A DNA stretch of 63,677 nucleotides, counting the filler, from Welwitschia mirabilis (Eukaryota), in NCBI GenBank assembly GCA_051453625.1. It is 7 parts of one record of this genome, joined end to end, with 100 filler letters (N's around TTAATTAATTAA, not from the genome) between each part and the next. Parts side by side here need not be neighbours in the genome. Positions count along the whole stretch, not along the records: positions 23,015 to 27,321 come from JBOZIK010000001.1; positions 27,422 to 30,648 come from JBOZIK010000001.1; positions 30,749 to 50,812 come from JBOZIK010000001.1; 4 more parts are not named here. One strand, written 5' to 3'. The translations under genes were made by a program, and so were the position numbers. This document shows, piece by piece, positions 24,860-39,865 of this stretch (positions are counted from its first letter, which is position 1; every line of letters starts with the position of its first letter). Under the pieces are notes generated by a model that was not told the DNA's origin, searched no databases, and saw nothing but the letters and a program-made list of their open reading frames with translations.

Positions 24860-27321
24860 AGCACATACCTTATAATGAGACATGGATTTTTGATATAAGT
24901 ACAACTCATTACATGACTTATTAGCCTCATTATTTTGATAACTTTGTCAAAGTACCACATCAAGTTTATTTGGTAGATAGAACTCTAGTTTGAGTTGAAG
25001 GCTATGATTTAGTTATCTTTAACTTGACATTGCTTTCTTCATAGACTATTTATTATGTTCTATATGTTCCTTCTTTAAGATTGCATCTTCTATTGCTTTT
25101 CACTCTAGTATAATAAGATTATTCAATTTGTTTGATGAAGGATTTAATAAATATTTATAATAATAATTAGCAACTAATCATAAAAGGCTACATGGAAGGA
25201 AAGCTCATTTATCTTCATGATTATATTTGAATGTAGAATATTGCTTTCACAGTTTCCCTAGATAAGATGACATCCTACTTCTCATATAATGAATTCTATA
25301 TGTGAGAATGACCACTAGATTTTTTTAAACANNNNNNNNNNNNNNNNNNNNNNNNNNNNNNNNNNNNNNNNNNNNNNNNNNNNNNNNNNNNNNNNNNNNN
25401 NNNNNNNNNNNNNNNNNNNNNNNNNNNNNNNNNNNNNNNNNNNNNNNNNNNNNNNNNNNNNNNNNNNNNNNNNNNNNNNNNNNNNNNNNNNNNNNNNNNN
25501 NNNNNNNNNNNNNNNNNNNNNNNNNNNNNNNNNNNNNNNNNNNNNNNNNNNNNNNNNNNNNNNNNNNNNNNNNNNNNNNNNNNNNNNNNNNNNNNNNNNN
25601 NNNNNNNNNNNNNNNNNNNNNNNNNNNNNNNNNNNNNNNNNNNNNNNNNNNNNNNNNNNNNNNNNNNNNNNNNNNNNNNNNNNNNNNNNNNNNNNNNNNN
25701 NNNNNNNNNNNNNNNNNNNNNNNNNNNNNNNNNNNNAATGACCACTAGATTTTTTTAAACATTTCATGGAATTTTCCTCAGTGTGAAGTATGTATTATAA
25801 GCGAAGCAACTCGATAGTATTTTTCACCAAGTAAGTGGCTTGTTAATTGAAATATTTTACTTATTCATAGTGATCTACGTAAATCTATATTAGTTTTCAC
25901 TCTCTATAGCTTTTACTATTTTATCACTTTTATTGATGACTACTCCTAGATGATTTAGATGTATTTTATCAAATACAAATCCTAGAATTTATACATCTTT
26001 AAGAAGTTTAAAACTTAAGTGAAAAAACAAACTAACTATTAGAATAAAAGTTTCCACTCAGATAATCATGGTAAGTACATATCTACTAAGTTTAAGGATT
26101 TTCTCACTTCTGAAGGAATTTAACATTTGAATACTTGTCTAAGACACCTTAATAAAATAACATTATTAAGTTATTTAATCATACTATCATGGATATGATG
26201 CATTCCATGAGGTATTCTAATGATTGTAAGACCTTTCTCTAAGATCAAGCAGTGCATAAGGTAGTTCATATTAATAACTACATTGGTCGATATACTAAAA
26301 AAGGAGTATCTCCAGCTAATACTTAGTATAAATACAAGCTTAATTTGAATCATTTTCATGCTTTTAATTATAATTTCTATATCCATATTTCACATAAAAC
26401 ATCATGAAAAAATTTTGAGAACATGCTCGCATTGGCATCTTTGTGGAATATCCAATCAACTAGAAGAGTTATTAAGTGTATATCCTTGAGTATTATAAGA
26501 TCATTATTTCTTATTACATCATCTTTTTAGAGACTTCACGTAATGATTCTTAGCTTGATCCTTTAAATATTTTTCCTTATTGTAATCCAATAACTATATT
26601 GGATGCTTAATATCTTATAGTTGATATGGAAGGCTTGGATACAAGTCATGCTTTAGTTTCTTATATTGGTAAAACTACTTTGAAACCTATAGTAATTGAG
26701 TAATTTGATGCTCTAAACATGCTTTTCCAACTAAACAAGATGATACTACCTAGAGATATCATTGAAGTACATGGTTACTGTCTACTCTAAGATGTTTATG
26801 ATGATGAGAAGGGTAAAACTAGAACTAAACATTCTTACATACATCTTATGATAATGATGATAATGAGATTTACTTAACTTTTGATGGTGAACCAACGTCA
26901 TTTAAAAATTCTATTAACATAATCATTGGATAAATTTCTTGCAAGAAGAATATGATAGTATTAATGAAAATGGTACTTGGGAGTTTGTATACCTTCCATT
27001 AGGATGGACAACATTACCTAGTAAATTTATTTTATGTAATAAATATAATGTAAATAACACCCTTGAGTGACATAAAGCTAAGCTTATTTCTATAGACCTA
27101 TGATAGAAGAAAGAAGTTGGCTACAATGAATTCTTCACTTTAGTAACAAAATGGACTATCATCAGAATAGTGATTGACTTGATAGCACATAAAAGAATGG
27201 AAGCTTCATCAATTGAACATAAAAACTACATTTCTTCATGAATACTTAAATGAAGAAATTCATATGATATAGCTAAAGGGTTTATAAAAAAAAAGCAAAG
27301 AATACAATATGTATAGATTGA
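24860..27321 (+). pseudogene. Heavily decayed Copia pol (protease, integrase, start of RT)
   Basis: TWIFDISTTHYMT (~24880), LIHSDL (~25860), YFITFIDDYS* (~25920), NGTWEFV (~26970). Domain order is Copia-type PR-INT-RT. Confidence 0.8.
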
Positions 27322-27421
27322 NNNNNNNNNNNNNNNNNNNNNNNNNNNNNNNNNNNNNNNNNNNNTTAATTAATTAANNNNNNNNNNNNNNNNNNNNNNN
27401 NNNNNNNNNNNNNNNNNNNNN

Positions 27422-28535
27422 ATGGAAGGGTGTCATTTCCACTATCATTCCCATGATAGATGGGATGATAGCACTGTATTATCACATTGCAATAACAATG
27501 TGGACTAGAACTTGGAGTTAATGAAGACACTTTTTAAAGAGGTGTCATTCCCATTGTCATCCCCATGATGGGGGTGATAACACATCTGAAACCAACTGCA
27601 ACATTGATTGATGTTAAAAGCTAATGATTTATTTGTTATTATGGGGCATCATCCCTACTATCATCTCCATAATGGTCAAGACAATAATTATTTTGTATAA
27701 GCAGGATTAAACTATCTTGTAATGGACTCGTGCACCCCACTTAGGTTACTAGGGTTTTTTATCCAACTTCTAGGGTTATAGTTCTAGAACTTTCAATGTA
27801 AAATTATAAATAGCTCTCTTGTCCTTACTTCTAATTCATCTTTTATACCTAATATTCTTATGATCCTAAAGGNNNNNNNNNNNNNNNNNNNNNNNNNNNN
27901 NNNNNNNNNNNNNNNNNNNNNNNNNNNNNNNNNNNNNNNNNNNNNNNNNNNNNNNNNNNNNNNNNNNNNNNNNNNNNNNNNNNNNNNNNNNNNNNNNNNN
28001 NNNNNNNNNNNNNNNNNNNNNNNNNNNNNNNNNNNNNNNNNNNNNNNNNNNNNNNNNNNNNNNNNNNNNNNNNNNNNNNNNNNNNNNNNNNNNNNNNNNN
28101 NNNNNNNNNNNNNNNNNNNNNNNNNNNNNNNNNNNNNNNNNNNNNNNNNNNNNNNNNNNNNNNNNNNNNNNNTCTCATAGTTCACATTAATTAGGAACAA
28201 GTGAAGTACTCTTTTTAATTGATTTAAATTATAAAAAGCTAGTTCTTATGATATGAGAATTAGGATCTAATAGAATCCATTCTACTTTCCATTTGTATTT
28301 CATCTTCATTCACTTTGCATTTAATTTTACTTATTATTTATTTTCAGTTTTTAAAAGATAAAAAGACTAAAAATACCTTTGGAAATCATTTCTTTAACTC
28401 TGAGCCTAGTTCATTCATTGGGATTACAACTTTCAGATGAACTTCCCTCTATACTAGCATGTGTTTTTCTACAAGTAATTTGATTTATAGGTTTAGCTAA
28501 AGTACTTCAAGATTACATAAATTCACACTACAATA
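27422..28535 (+). repeat. LTR family A copy (5' end lost in gap)
   Basis: End caagtaatttgatttataggttt..ataaattcacactacaata matches the reverse complement of 18426-18490. No PBS follows. Confidence 0.7.
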
Positions 28536-29720
28536 TTCAGCCCTTCATTAGTAAGGTTCATCTTATGTTTCTTATTCTGATTTGATTATATAAGAGTCGA
28601 AGACAAAAAATTATTATAATCTTGTAAACAATTGTCCTTTCTTTATAATTTCAAATTATTTAGTTGACATATCGATGATTAGCTATTATCAATTTTTATA
28701 TAGAGTATTTATACTTTTTAAAATGTAGTTACATGTGATTTTTCATGAATTATAAGAATCCCATTTGTTGCTAAGTAATAGAAATGCATAACTTTTCTAT
28801 TCAATTATTAACATAGTATATCTAAAAAATTATATTTTTTCTTATAAATAAGATCCTATTAACTTAGCTTTTTACTTTNNNNNNNNNNNNNNNNNNNNNN
28901 NNNNNNNNNNNNNNNNNNNNNNNNNNNNNNNNNNNNNNNNNNNNNNNNNNNNNNNNNNNNNNNNNNNNNNNNNNNNNNNNNNNNNNNNNNNNNNNNNNNN
29001 NNNNNNNNNNNNNNNNNNNNNNNNNNNNNNNNNNNNNNNNNNNNNNNNNNNNNNNNNNNNNNNNNNNNNNNNNNNNNNNNNNNNNNNNNNNNNNNNNNNN
29101 NNNNNNNNNNNNNNNNNNNNNNNNNNNNNNNNNNNNNNNNNNNNNNNNNNNNNNNNNNNNNNNNNNNNNNNNNNNNNNNNNNNNNNNNNNNNNNNNNNNN
29201 NNNNNNNNNNNNNNNNNNNNNNNNNNNNNNNNNNNNNNNNNNNNNNNNNNNNNNNNNNNNNNNNNNNNNNNNNNNNNNNNNNNNNNNNNNNNNNNNNNNN
29301 NNNNNNNNNNNNNNNNNNNNNNNNNNNNNNNNNNNNNNNNNNNNNNNNNNNNATTCCATATGTTCTAATTATTCATCTTTTAAATATAAATTATTTCTTA
29401 AAAAGCTATAACTTGAACCTAAAAGTAGAAGGATTAAGATTAATGTTAGTAAGCTAGATGAAATTAAGCTTCCTATGATATAACTATTTTCTTTTAATAA
29501 TAATGATCAAGATTGGTACATGTATAATTTAGTAGAGGAAGTCACTCAATAAGTTATAAAATTAAAGTAGTCTTACAAATCATGGAAAATGTTAAAAGAG
29601 GGCTAATACTCTAGTTCATAAGTATTTATTCATAGGAAAGAAAGAGATAAGAGTTAAAATTATTTAAATGAGTCTCATGAAAACATAGCTTTTACAATTA
29701 ATATTTACTTCTTATCCTCT

Positions 29721-30648
29721 TGATGAAGATAAATGTTAACTAAGCTTTTACTTAATTACTTTTATATTTGATTATTTATTAGTTTATATATTTATTATCT
29801 AAATAGTTCTAATATTAATATTAGTAATGTTATTCATGTTAGTAAAATTAATAGCTATTGGTTAGTCATTTTATTATATTTGAGATGAAAACAACTTACT
29901 ACNNNNNNNNNCATATCAATTACCATGTAACATCAAGACAAGAAGATGGTCAAGATAGTTGTGGTAAGAACTACCTAACTACAAGATCCTAAAACTTATA
30001 AAGAAGTAACATAAATATAGGAGATATAATAAGAACTAAAGTTTTAGGGAAAAATCCATATAATCTTAAGATTAAAGATCAGTCCAAAGCCTTCATTGAA
30101 ATTTCTGCTCTAGTGCTACTTGTAAAGAAAATACTTTTTGTAATTAGTAGGTTGTTATCTAAGAATTATATTTCTGAGAAGTTCTAATTTTATTTCTTTA
30201 TTTTTTAAAATTATTTAATTAAAAGGTTCTAGTCCTTAGGATGTTTAGTTATTAATCACATAAAAAGGTATTATTTTCTTTAATCCTAACCATATGTCTG
30301 CTAGTGAACATATACTAGGATATTTTTCATTCTTAGAAATAGATACAATTTTAGTAGAATTATTTTAAAAATCTATATTTCATCTTAAAATCATGTATAT
30401 CATTTACAAAAGTAATGATTTATCATTCTTCAACTCAAGTTACTCTTGCTATTGTTATTAAGATCTTATCTAGGTAATACATTTTGAGTTGAATTGGTTG
30501 AATAACTTATTTGAACTAATTATTTAGTAAGCCTTAACACTATTATAGTAATAATTAGATCTAATATTTAACTTACTAGTACCATTTCTAATTATTTTTA
30601 TTGCATATTTTAGTATTATTTGTACATTTATCCCCTTAATAGCAAGCT
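29721..30648 (+). repeat. LTR family B copy (truncated by linker gap)
   Basis: Starts TGATG; colinear by eye with 43161-44170 (e.g. gaacatatactaggatattt, ggtaatacaNtttgagtt). Confidence 0.65.
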
Positions 30649-30764
30649 NNNNNNNNNNNNNNNNNNNNNNNNNNNNNNNNNNNNNNNNNNNNTTAATTAA
30701 TTAANNNNNNNNNNNNNNNNNNNNNNNNNNNNNNNNNNNNNNNNNNNNATAATAATAAGTTCAA

Positions 30765-31650
30765 GCATTAGAGCCATTTGATATATAGGATATATATTTC
30801 ATTAGATTTATTAATCCTTCATTACATGGAAATATGTACACATTGGTTTATGTTAGTTACCTAACTAAATGAGATAAGATTGAAGTTGTGTCACATCATT
30901 CTTTCCAAACAATTATTAATTTGTTTCTTAGAAATATTATTTATAGGTTTAGAACACCTAGGAAGTTTATTTCCAAAGGAAACCCACTTTACTAATGGAC
31001 ATTTTAACAAACATCTATCTAAATATGACATTCATCATACATTACCCATGGCTTATTATCCTTAATTAAATGGTTAATATAAGGTAATGAATAAAGAACT
31101 TAAGAAAATCTTAATAAAAACCATATATCTAAAGAATATTGATTTGAAAAGAAAACTAAATGAAATATTATGGACTCATAGGATAACTTGAAAAAATAGT
31201 ATAAGATTTACATCCTATGAGTTAGTATATAATAAAATAAAACTAAGTAATAAAGCTTAAAATAAAAAATTTAAATTAGTGAGATTATTAAAAAGAAAAA
31301 TTGATGAAGACTAGATGGAATAGATTAATAATATAAATCTCTTAGATGAAAAACAATGAAGGCACTATTAAGAAAAGAAATGACATAAGAAAAGATAGAA
31401 ACTTTACATGATTGAATGATTGGAGAAATAGAATCTAAAATAAAAGGCTCAGTGATGGTTTATAATCCTAAGAAATTACATTACGAATAAAAGTATGAAT
31501 AGAATTTTCACAAATAAGAGTATGAATAGAATTTTCGTGGATCATATGAAATAATGAAATTATACATAATGAAGTAGTTAAGATTTATGATTCAGATGAA
31601 AAATTACTTATTAGATCAATGTACAAAGAATCAAAATTTATAAAGACCAA
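30765..31650 (+). pseudogene. Decayed Gypsy (Athila-like) integrase core
   Basis: ALEPFDI*, then ETHFTNGHFNKHLSKYDIHHTLPMAYYP*LNG*YKVMNKELKKILNK, resembling GTHF.N..F..LL.KY.I.H...AYHPQ.NGQ.E..N.ELK.IL. Confidence 0.75.
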
Positions 31651-34265
31651 ATTTTTTTACTAGAATGTTTAGGAAAACCCTTTATAATGAAAAGAATACT
31701 TCCANNNNNNNNNNNNNNNNNNNNNNNNNNNNNNNNNNNNNNNNNNNNNNNNNNNNNNNNNNNNNNNNNNNNNNNNNNNNNNNNNNNNNNNNNNNNNNNN
31801 NNNNAATGAAAAGAATACTTCCATTCTTTCTTTTATATAAATTACTTCATATAATTAAATAAACCATGTTACTTATTTAGGATATTTTCTTTGTTAACTT
31901 ATTAAAAATGAATTTGAATGATTTTGAAGAAAAAAGGATATCCTATTATAGTTTTTATAGAAGGTCATGTGTTATATCATAAGTTAAGGCTATATGAAGT
32001 ATTTTGTTTACATACACATGTACAAACACAAATAAAAAAAGTAAAAAAACAAACACAAAATTAAAAACAAATCACCACAATATCCTATTACAAGCGTACA
32101 CAGGTAAATACTCTTGAAAAGGGTCCTTGGAAGTGTAATATAGTGGCTATGAGAACTCTAATGAGGGGTTAAATAACCATGATCTAGATTAATTCTTGTG
32201 GGAACTTACTTCTTAAATACTGATTTTGTTTTTCGCATGATGAATAAGAATTAATTTTTATGATTCTAAAATTGTTAAGAAATAGTGATGTTCCAAGAGT
32301 CATCTAAGGTTTAGCTTATTACTAGATACATGTTTAATCATAATGAAATAATATTGGTAGAAGGTTAAGTATATCTTAGAGACCATATAAGGTAAAGTTA
32401 GATTATACTAATATATTACACCTTAATATTTTAGAAAATGATTACTCATAATTTAAAGTAAAGTAATAAAAAATGCAATAGTGGTGATACAATAAGTATA
32501 CATACATGATAATTAAATTCCTATTAAAGAAGTATGAAATCCTCTTATTTTTTAGGATAAATTAAGTAATTTCATAAGAATTTATTAAGTTAAAATTATA
32601 GAATATTTTTAAACAAAATTGACATAAATCTTATATATTATTTATGGGGGAAAAGAGAGAAAGAGAGAAATGAAATCACTTAAACTATACACTCATTAAT
32701 AAAAACTTATTACAAAACTTTAAACTAATTATGAACACTTAAGTAAGATGAAAACATAAAACTAACTTAATTTAGATTCGTCAAATTTACTTTAAAGAAT
32801 GATATTTATTATAGATTAATTTGGTTTTACTCATATCCTAAATAAATTTGAAAACTTATTTTTTCTCTTTGATATCCTAATCTTTGAAGATCTAGATAAG
32901 GATGGAAATAGATGCATCTTACCACATTCATATAATCCTTTGAATTCCACACATTCTTCTCAATGTTTTATTTATCAAAATTTAAACAAGATTTACAACT
33001 TATTGTCATCCAAGTTAATCCTCGTATATTATATCAAAACCACAATTAATTTGTTTTTGACATAACATATAAAGAGTATAAAAGAGAAATTAGTATAAAT
33101 AAAATGATCTTTTATTAACTCCAATATTCTTAAATCCAATTAAAAGTAGTCACTTCTCAATGAAGGAAACACAACCAAATACCAAGGTGAGCTCCTTTCC
33201 TAATATAGATGGATCTCTTATTTTATAAATTCTAAATCATTATAAGAATAATTGATATATCAAAAATAAAAAATGAGGGATAGAAGAAGGGTATTTATAG
33301 TTCTGAATTGATAGTTAGGATTACCAAGGAGTAGTAAGTAATCATATCACTAATTTTATAATAGATGAAATATGTTTTACATTCATTAGAGCTATTATCA
33401 TGCTAAGTGTTATTTAGACAACTAGGTGGATGATATGTGATCTTTTTTTTAATGGTTTCCTATTAATCATGTTTGCTATTAGTGAAATGATAGAGTGTTA
33501 TCCATCTAATACTTCTTGGATAACTAGGTGAACAACCTGTGAGTGTATAAATAACATTTCTATTTATTTTGTTCCTACTAATCGTATTGGGATGTTTTTT
33601 GGAAAGCATGTGGATGATAGTACTTTTGAAAATTTTTCTATTTTGATGGTTATAACTTGATTTTATCTTGGTTTATATTTCTTTCTTCTACTAAAGTTAG
33701 CCTTCGTTCATCCTTTACAAGTATAATGATTAAGGTCGGGTATTCTTTTGAATGTGATCATAGCTTCTAAGTTAATTGACACATTTTAATATTTTTTAAA
33801 GAATTTAACTTTAATAGAATACCTTTTCATCCTTTAGAGCCATCTTTAAAATGTTAATTTTTTTTGTTTTAATTAAATAGCTATCATTCCCTTAATGTCA
33901 TTTGGATGACCATGTAAATGACCCTCCATAGAATAATGACCTTTTTATTTATGTATTCTATTTATCATCTTCTGACTATCATCTAGATGATGGGATGGAT
34001 GATACTTCTTTTTCATTTTGTTATCCCTTTTGATTATCACTTCTTAATCTAAATTAAAATTATGATGTTTTAAATAGATTAAGAAGTTTGAAATCTATCA
34101 AGAAAAACTCCACAATAATCGAAATTAATGCTTCATGTAATTGTCTTACTAGATATTCAAATTATNNNNNNNNNNNNNNNNNNNNNNNNNNNNNNNNNNN
34201 NNNNNNNNNNNNNNNNNNNNNNNNNNNNNNNNNNNNNNNNNNNNNNNNNNNNNNNNNNNNNNNNN

Positions 34266-34520
34266 GTCTTATTGATATGACATCTTCTTAATGTAATGTC
34301 CTCTTGATGAAACATCTTCTTAGTGTAATGTCTTGATGATGTAATGTCTTCTTAGTGTAATATCTTCTTGTCTAGGTGAAATTTATTATGATGAGTCTAA
34401 CACTTAAACTTTGGATCTTGATGCCTTTACTAACTGATGCTATCAGCATGTGTCTTCAATGTTACCACCATGTCACTACCATATGTCACTGTCACATGTC
34501 ATTACCACATGTCACTATTA
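34266..34520. repeat. LTR segment with a ~16-bp degenerate tandem repeat (gatgtaatgtcttctt), homologous to 37825-38044
   Basis: About six degenerate units, then taggtgaaattt..atgatgagtc..gatgcctttac..tgatgctatca, shared with 37947-38030. Confidence 0.65.
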
Positions 34521-35749
34521 CACATTTTTCTCAAATTCTTTATAATTATTTCATTTTGATTTAATTTATTACCAATTATTTATCTTTAGTCTTTAAAATC
34601 AAAATTAATTAATTTGAGCATTAAACCTATAAAAAGAACCTAAAAAGATACTTAAAACACAATATTAAATGTGACTAATTTGGCTTACAATATAGTTACC
34701 TACTGAGCATTTTTCAATTCCTCATAAAAAAAGTAAAAAACAATAGATGTGAGCTAAATTAAAAAAGGGATGAAAAATAACACTTAAACATAAAGGATCT
34801 TACATTATTACATAAAGTGCATTTTGTTTTAGCATATTAAAAAAAAATTTCTAATTAAACATCATAAGAATAATATGCATTAAATTTAGAACAATGGTTT
34901 CAATTATATAATAAACAAATTCATTTAAAGCTAATATTTTAAAGATTCCAAATATTCCACCCCCATGAAGTAGATAAANNNNNNNNNNNNNNNNNNNNNN
35001 NNNNNNNNNNNNNNNNNNNNNNNNNNNNNNNNNNNNNNNNNNNNNNNNNNNNNNNNNNNNNNNNNNNNNNNNNNNNNNNNNNNNNNNNNNNNNNNNNNAG
35101 GAAATAAATCAAGAGAAGTGAAATACTTATATCATAAATCCTAACCTCTCAAAACTTAACATTTTATTTGAAATAAAAATAAGTACAAATAAGTTTTAAA
35201 AAATCAAATTTATTTTTCTAATGCTTTGGTCTTATGTTAAATAGAAAAGATACAGTTAATAACTTTGAAATTTTCTAGCTTAATGAATAGAAATAAATAC
35301 ATTACATTAGAACATATTCTACTTAAAGTTGATTACTTAACAATAGTCTCTAATTCCTAATCTAAAGATATATGATTCTTGATCAGTAAAACATTATAGT
35401 TTTGTTTGAATAGCATGGATGAAAATGTTAATGTACCAATTAAAATTAACATATCACAGCTATAATCCCAAGCATTAATGTAAAAGATGGCTGTAAACTA
35501 ATAATACTTAATAATGTGATAATTACAAAATACTTTAAGATGTACCTTGTTTTATCTTGAATTCCTTCCATTATGGAGTTTTCATTTCCAAACCATGTAC
35601 CTTGTTTTTATTACAGGTGGTANNNNNNNNNNNNNNNNNNNNNNNNNNNNNNNNNNNNNNNNNNNNNNNNNNNNNNNNNNNNNNNNNNNNNNNNNNNNNN
35701 NNNNNNNNNNNNNNNNNNNNNNNNNNNNNTATGATATAAATTTATATTT

Positions 35750-38044
35750 CATTTATATTTTTATTTTTGTTTTGCCCCTTTACCGCACAAATATGAAAAG
35801 ACACCTCTACATTATCAAACTGCTAATAACTTGTAGCTATAATGTAAATGACATTGGTAAAGAGATAAAGCATACAAAATGAATAACTTATAGCTATATT
35901 TGACTAATTTCCACCAATCCTTCTATGAGTTTTCAAGCTTCATATAAAATCAAATTTAGTAAATTTCCACCTAATGCAAAATTTATAATTGCTTGGTATA
36001 GTTATTTATTTCATTATAAAAGTGGTTAACAAGTTTTCCTCTTGAAAATTCATCTACAAAGTTGGACAATGCATCAATTAAAAATCTCTCATAGGTTATA
36101 GGGTAAGCTTCATAATGTGTTGCACAAATTTAATTACATATTTTATTTTTTTTTAAATTGTTGTTTCAATAATAAACCTTTTTTTAAATGCATCTTAAAA
36201 TTGGTAGAAAGTCTTAAGCATTTTATGGGAAATAGTTCTCAACCAATTTTTAGCCTTTTCTATAAGGGTAATGGGTAACTAATAATGTAAGTCCTATTAG
36301 CTACCTTTTTTTTACTCATTTTCTAAGATAAGAATGAGTTATTTTATTTTAGCTAGGTGTTGAAAAGAGTTTTCTTCATCATCTCCTAAAATGATAGGAT
36401 AGGATTGAAGGTTTTTAAGTTTTATATCATCTCTAGTAGATAGGCTAAAATTGGTTTTGAATCTCATATTTTCTTTGATCTATTCTATTCTTAAGATTTA
36501 GTGAGGTATAACTTGAATAGAGGCTAATACGTTTAAATGTTTATAAGGAAAAAATATTTGAGAGATAGATTCTTTAAAGGGGTTTGAAGAGGAAAACAAT
36601 TTATAAAATAAATCACTTTTAAAAATAGTTAAATGACTTTTAGAAATATGAAAAGTAGAATAATCATCTTCTTTTATTTTAGATTGAAATAAATATTTCT
36701 TCCCTCTAGTTCTTGAATTAAAATTCATGAATGCTTTTTAAATCATTTTGCTAATAAATTACTTCTTTTGCTAGTGCTTTTTATTCATTATCATGTCCTT
36801 GCATTTTCATAAAATATTAAACAAACTTCTTTTCATCCAAATGGAAAAATCCCTTTTAGATCACATAAAATATAAGGAGGAGGCTATACCAATAATAAAT
36901 GTGGGATCTACTTAGATTAAGTGAAATACAAAGTATAAACCAAGTTTGTTGAAGACACTAGTAATCTTTCAACTTAAATAAAAAGTAAGACTAATAAAAA
37001 TTCAAAAATGAAGCTAAAATATGAAATTAAAGGTTTAAACTAATGTAAGAAAAAGAAAAATTATATGTGCCCACTACACAAGTAAATACCTTAAAATAAA
37101 TTCATTACTTGAGTAGTGAGAATCAATCTTTTAAATGCTCTTGAACGCCTCCCTAGTGATGGCACCAATTTGTTGGAGTACATGTCATATGATTTTCTTC
37201 AATTAATCATCTTCAAATACAACTTGAAATCTTAGTATCTAATGCACACAGAAAAAAACTAATATAGGTAGTTAACCTAAATATTTTACCCTAGAAAGAA
37301 ATTTAAAAGTGAATTTAGAAGATCCAATNNNNNNNNNNNNNNNNNNNNNNNNNNNNNNNNNNNNNNNNNNNNNNNNNNNNNNNNNNNNNNNNNNNNNNNN
37401 NNNNNNNNNNNNNNNNNNNNNNNNNNNNNNNNNNNNNNNNNNNNNNNNNNNNNNNNNNNNNNNNNNNNNNNNNNNNNNNNNNNNNNNNNNNNNNNNNNNN
37501 NNNNNNNNNNNNNNNNNNNNNNNNNNNNNNNNNNNNNNNNNNNNNNNNNNNNNNNNNNNNNNNNNNNNNNNNNNNNNNNNNNNNNNNNNNNNNNNNNNNN
37601 NNNNNNNNNNNNNNNNNNNNNNNNNNNNNNNNNNNNNNNNNNNNNNNNNNNNNNNNNNNNNNNNNNNNNNNNNNNNNNNNNNNNNNNNNNNNNNNNNNNN
37701 NATTTTGATATGATAAAGATAAGAAATGGGTAATATAAGAGGGGTATTTATGGGTTTCGATTAACTATTTAGGTCACTAAAGATACTAATAAATTAAGAG
37801 TAATCACATCACTGATTTTGTACTATCTTCTTGATGTAATATTTTGTTGATGTAACATCTTATTGGTGTAATATCTTCCTAGTATAGTATCTTCTTCTAC
37901 ATGCCTTCTTTATGTAATGTTTTCTTGATTTAATCTCTTCTTGGATAGGTGGAATTTGTCATGATGAGTCAAACATTTAGCCTTTAGATCATGATGCCTT
38001 TACAAATTGATGCTATCACAATGTGTTATCAACCTCACCACCAT
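35750..38044 (-). mobile_element. Athila-like Gypsy 5' part: LTR (from 37171), tRNA-Asp-type PBS, decayed gag
   Basis: LTR end ..CTCCAACA at 37171 on the minus strand, then AAT and TGGTGCCATCACTAGGGA (37150-37167). Weak gag-like remnants WLRTISHK..DAFKKRF (~36170-36245). Confidence 0.55.
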
Positions 38045-39865
38045 NNNNNNNNNNNNNNNNNNNNNNNNNNNNNNNNNNNNNNNNNNNNNNNNNNNNNNNN
38101 NNNNNNNNNNNNNNNNNNNNNNNNNNNNNNNNNNNNNNNNNNNNNNNNNNNNNNNNNNNNNNNNNNNNNNNNNNNNNNNNNNNNNNNNNNNNNNNNNNNN
38201 NNNNNNNNNNNNNNNNNNNNNNNNNNNNNNNNNNNNNNNNNNNNNNNNNNNNNNNNNNNNNNNNNNNNNNNNNNNNNNNNNNNNNNNNNNNNNNNNNNNN
38301 NNNNNNNNNNNNNNNNNNNNNNNNNNNNNNNNNNNNNNNNNNNNNNNNNNNNNNNNNNNNNNNNNNNNNNNNNNNNNNNNNNNNNNNNNNNNNNNNNNNN
38401 NNNNNNNNNNNNNNNNNNNNNNNNNNNNNNNNNNNNNNNNNNNNNNNNNNNNNNNNNNNNNNNNNNNNNNNNNNNNNNNNNNNNNNNNNNNNNNNNNNNN
38501 NNNNNNNNNNNNNNNNNNNNNNNNNNNNNNNNNNNNNNNNNNNNNNNNNNNNNNNNNNNNNNNNNNNNNNNNNNNNNAAAGAACAATAAGAGAATACAAA
38601 AAGTGGAAAGATCTACAAATTTATGAGCCATAATTAACCCACTTCAGGTTAAGAAACACTCTAGGTAAACTTACTTAATAAAATGATAATTTGTTGATAA
38701 AGATATTATTTTTTGTGTTAGTCAGTACTTTTTTGTTGTTTTATTAATGTATTCTTTCACAAGTGTTCACTTATTTATAGTTTATAACATGATAAGTATT
38801 AAGTTTACAAGGTTATACTAAATAAAAGACAAAATTAAAATAGAACGCTATCTCTTAAATTAAGCTACATACTTGAATTGCATTTATTTTTCTTCAACTT
38901 TAAAGATTAATTATTAATTACCTGTGTCAACTCAATTCTTTATTAATCAAGTTGAATTTTTTACCTAAAGCTAAAACTTTAGGATGAACTTTAGATTAGT
39001 CTAATTTATATGATTTGGCTCTTTAGTTAATGCTTAGAAATGGTAGATTTCACATAAATTAATACATTTCATAAGGCCTAAATAATTAAAATTTTGTTTT
39101 GAATTCATGAGTATTTGTTAAAAGGGTAAATCGACTCTTTGAAAACCTCTTTTATTTTTTCCTTTAACTTTGTGTCATCATTTTTATTCGTTATTATTTA
39201 TGCTAAATCTATATTCTAGGGTATTTAATCTTGAAGATCCTTTTCTAGAACCCTTAAAGGCCCTCTTTGAACTCTAGTATCCTATGATACAACAATTAAA
39301 GATAACACTTAAGCTTGAAGATCATCTTAGAAAAGACCATAATTATTATAGACACCTTTGAGATTTAGGATGTTGTGCTATCTTAAACACTTAATTACAC
39401 TCACTGAATTACTCTCTCTCTTGTTAACCTATCACTCAAAGCCCCCTTTAACTATGAGATACCTCCTTTAACTTACATCTAACATCATTTTCTAACATCA
39501 TTAGTATTATTTNNNNNNNNNNAAAAGATTCTTTGACTATGAGTTGTTCCCTTCCACTTATCACATCAATTCTCATCTAATTAAGTTAGTTCATATCATT
39601 GATACTAAATTTCACTTTAATGCTAAAATATTTACCAAGTATTTCTCTTGTTAGAGCTAATGCATCTCAATTAACTTTATTATTTATAAATAAGTATAAT
39701 AGTAATTTGTTATTCATTTCTTACCATTAGACTTTCTTTTTTGTAGTCAATTGCTTCAGTTTTTCTCTCATGGTAATACATGGACTAGTTATTCTATTAG
39801 GTAAGAACTTTTATTTACTACATTAAAAAGGATTCACGACTTTACTAGGGATGAGGAATTAATTT

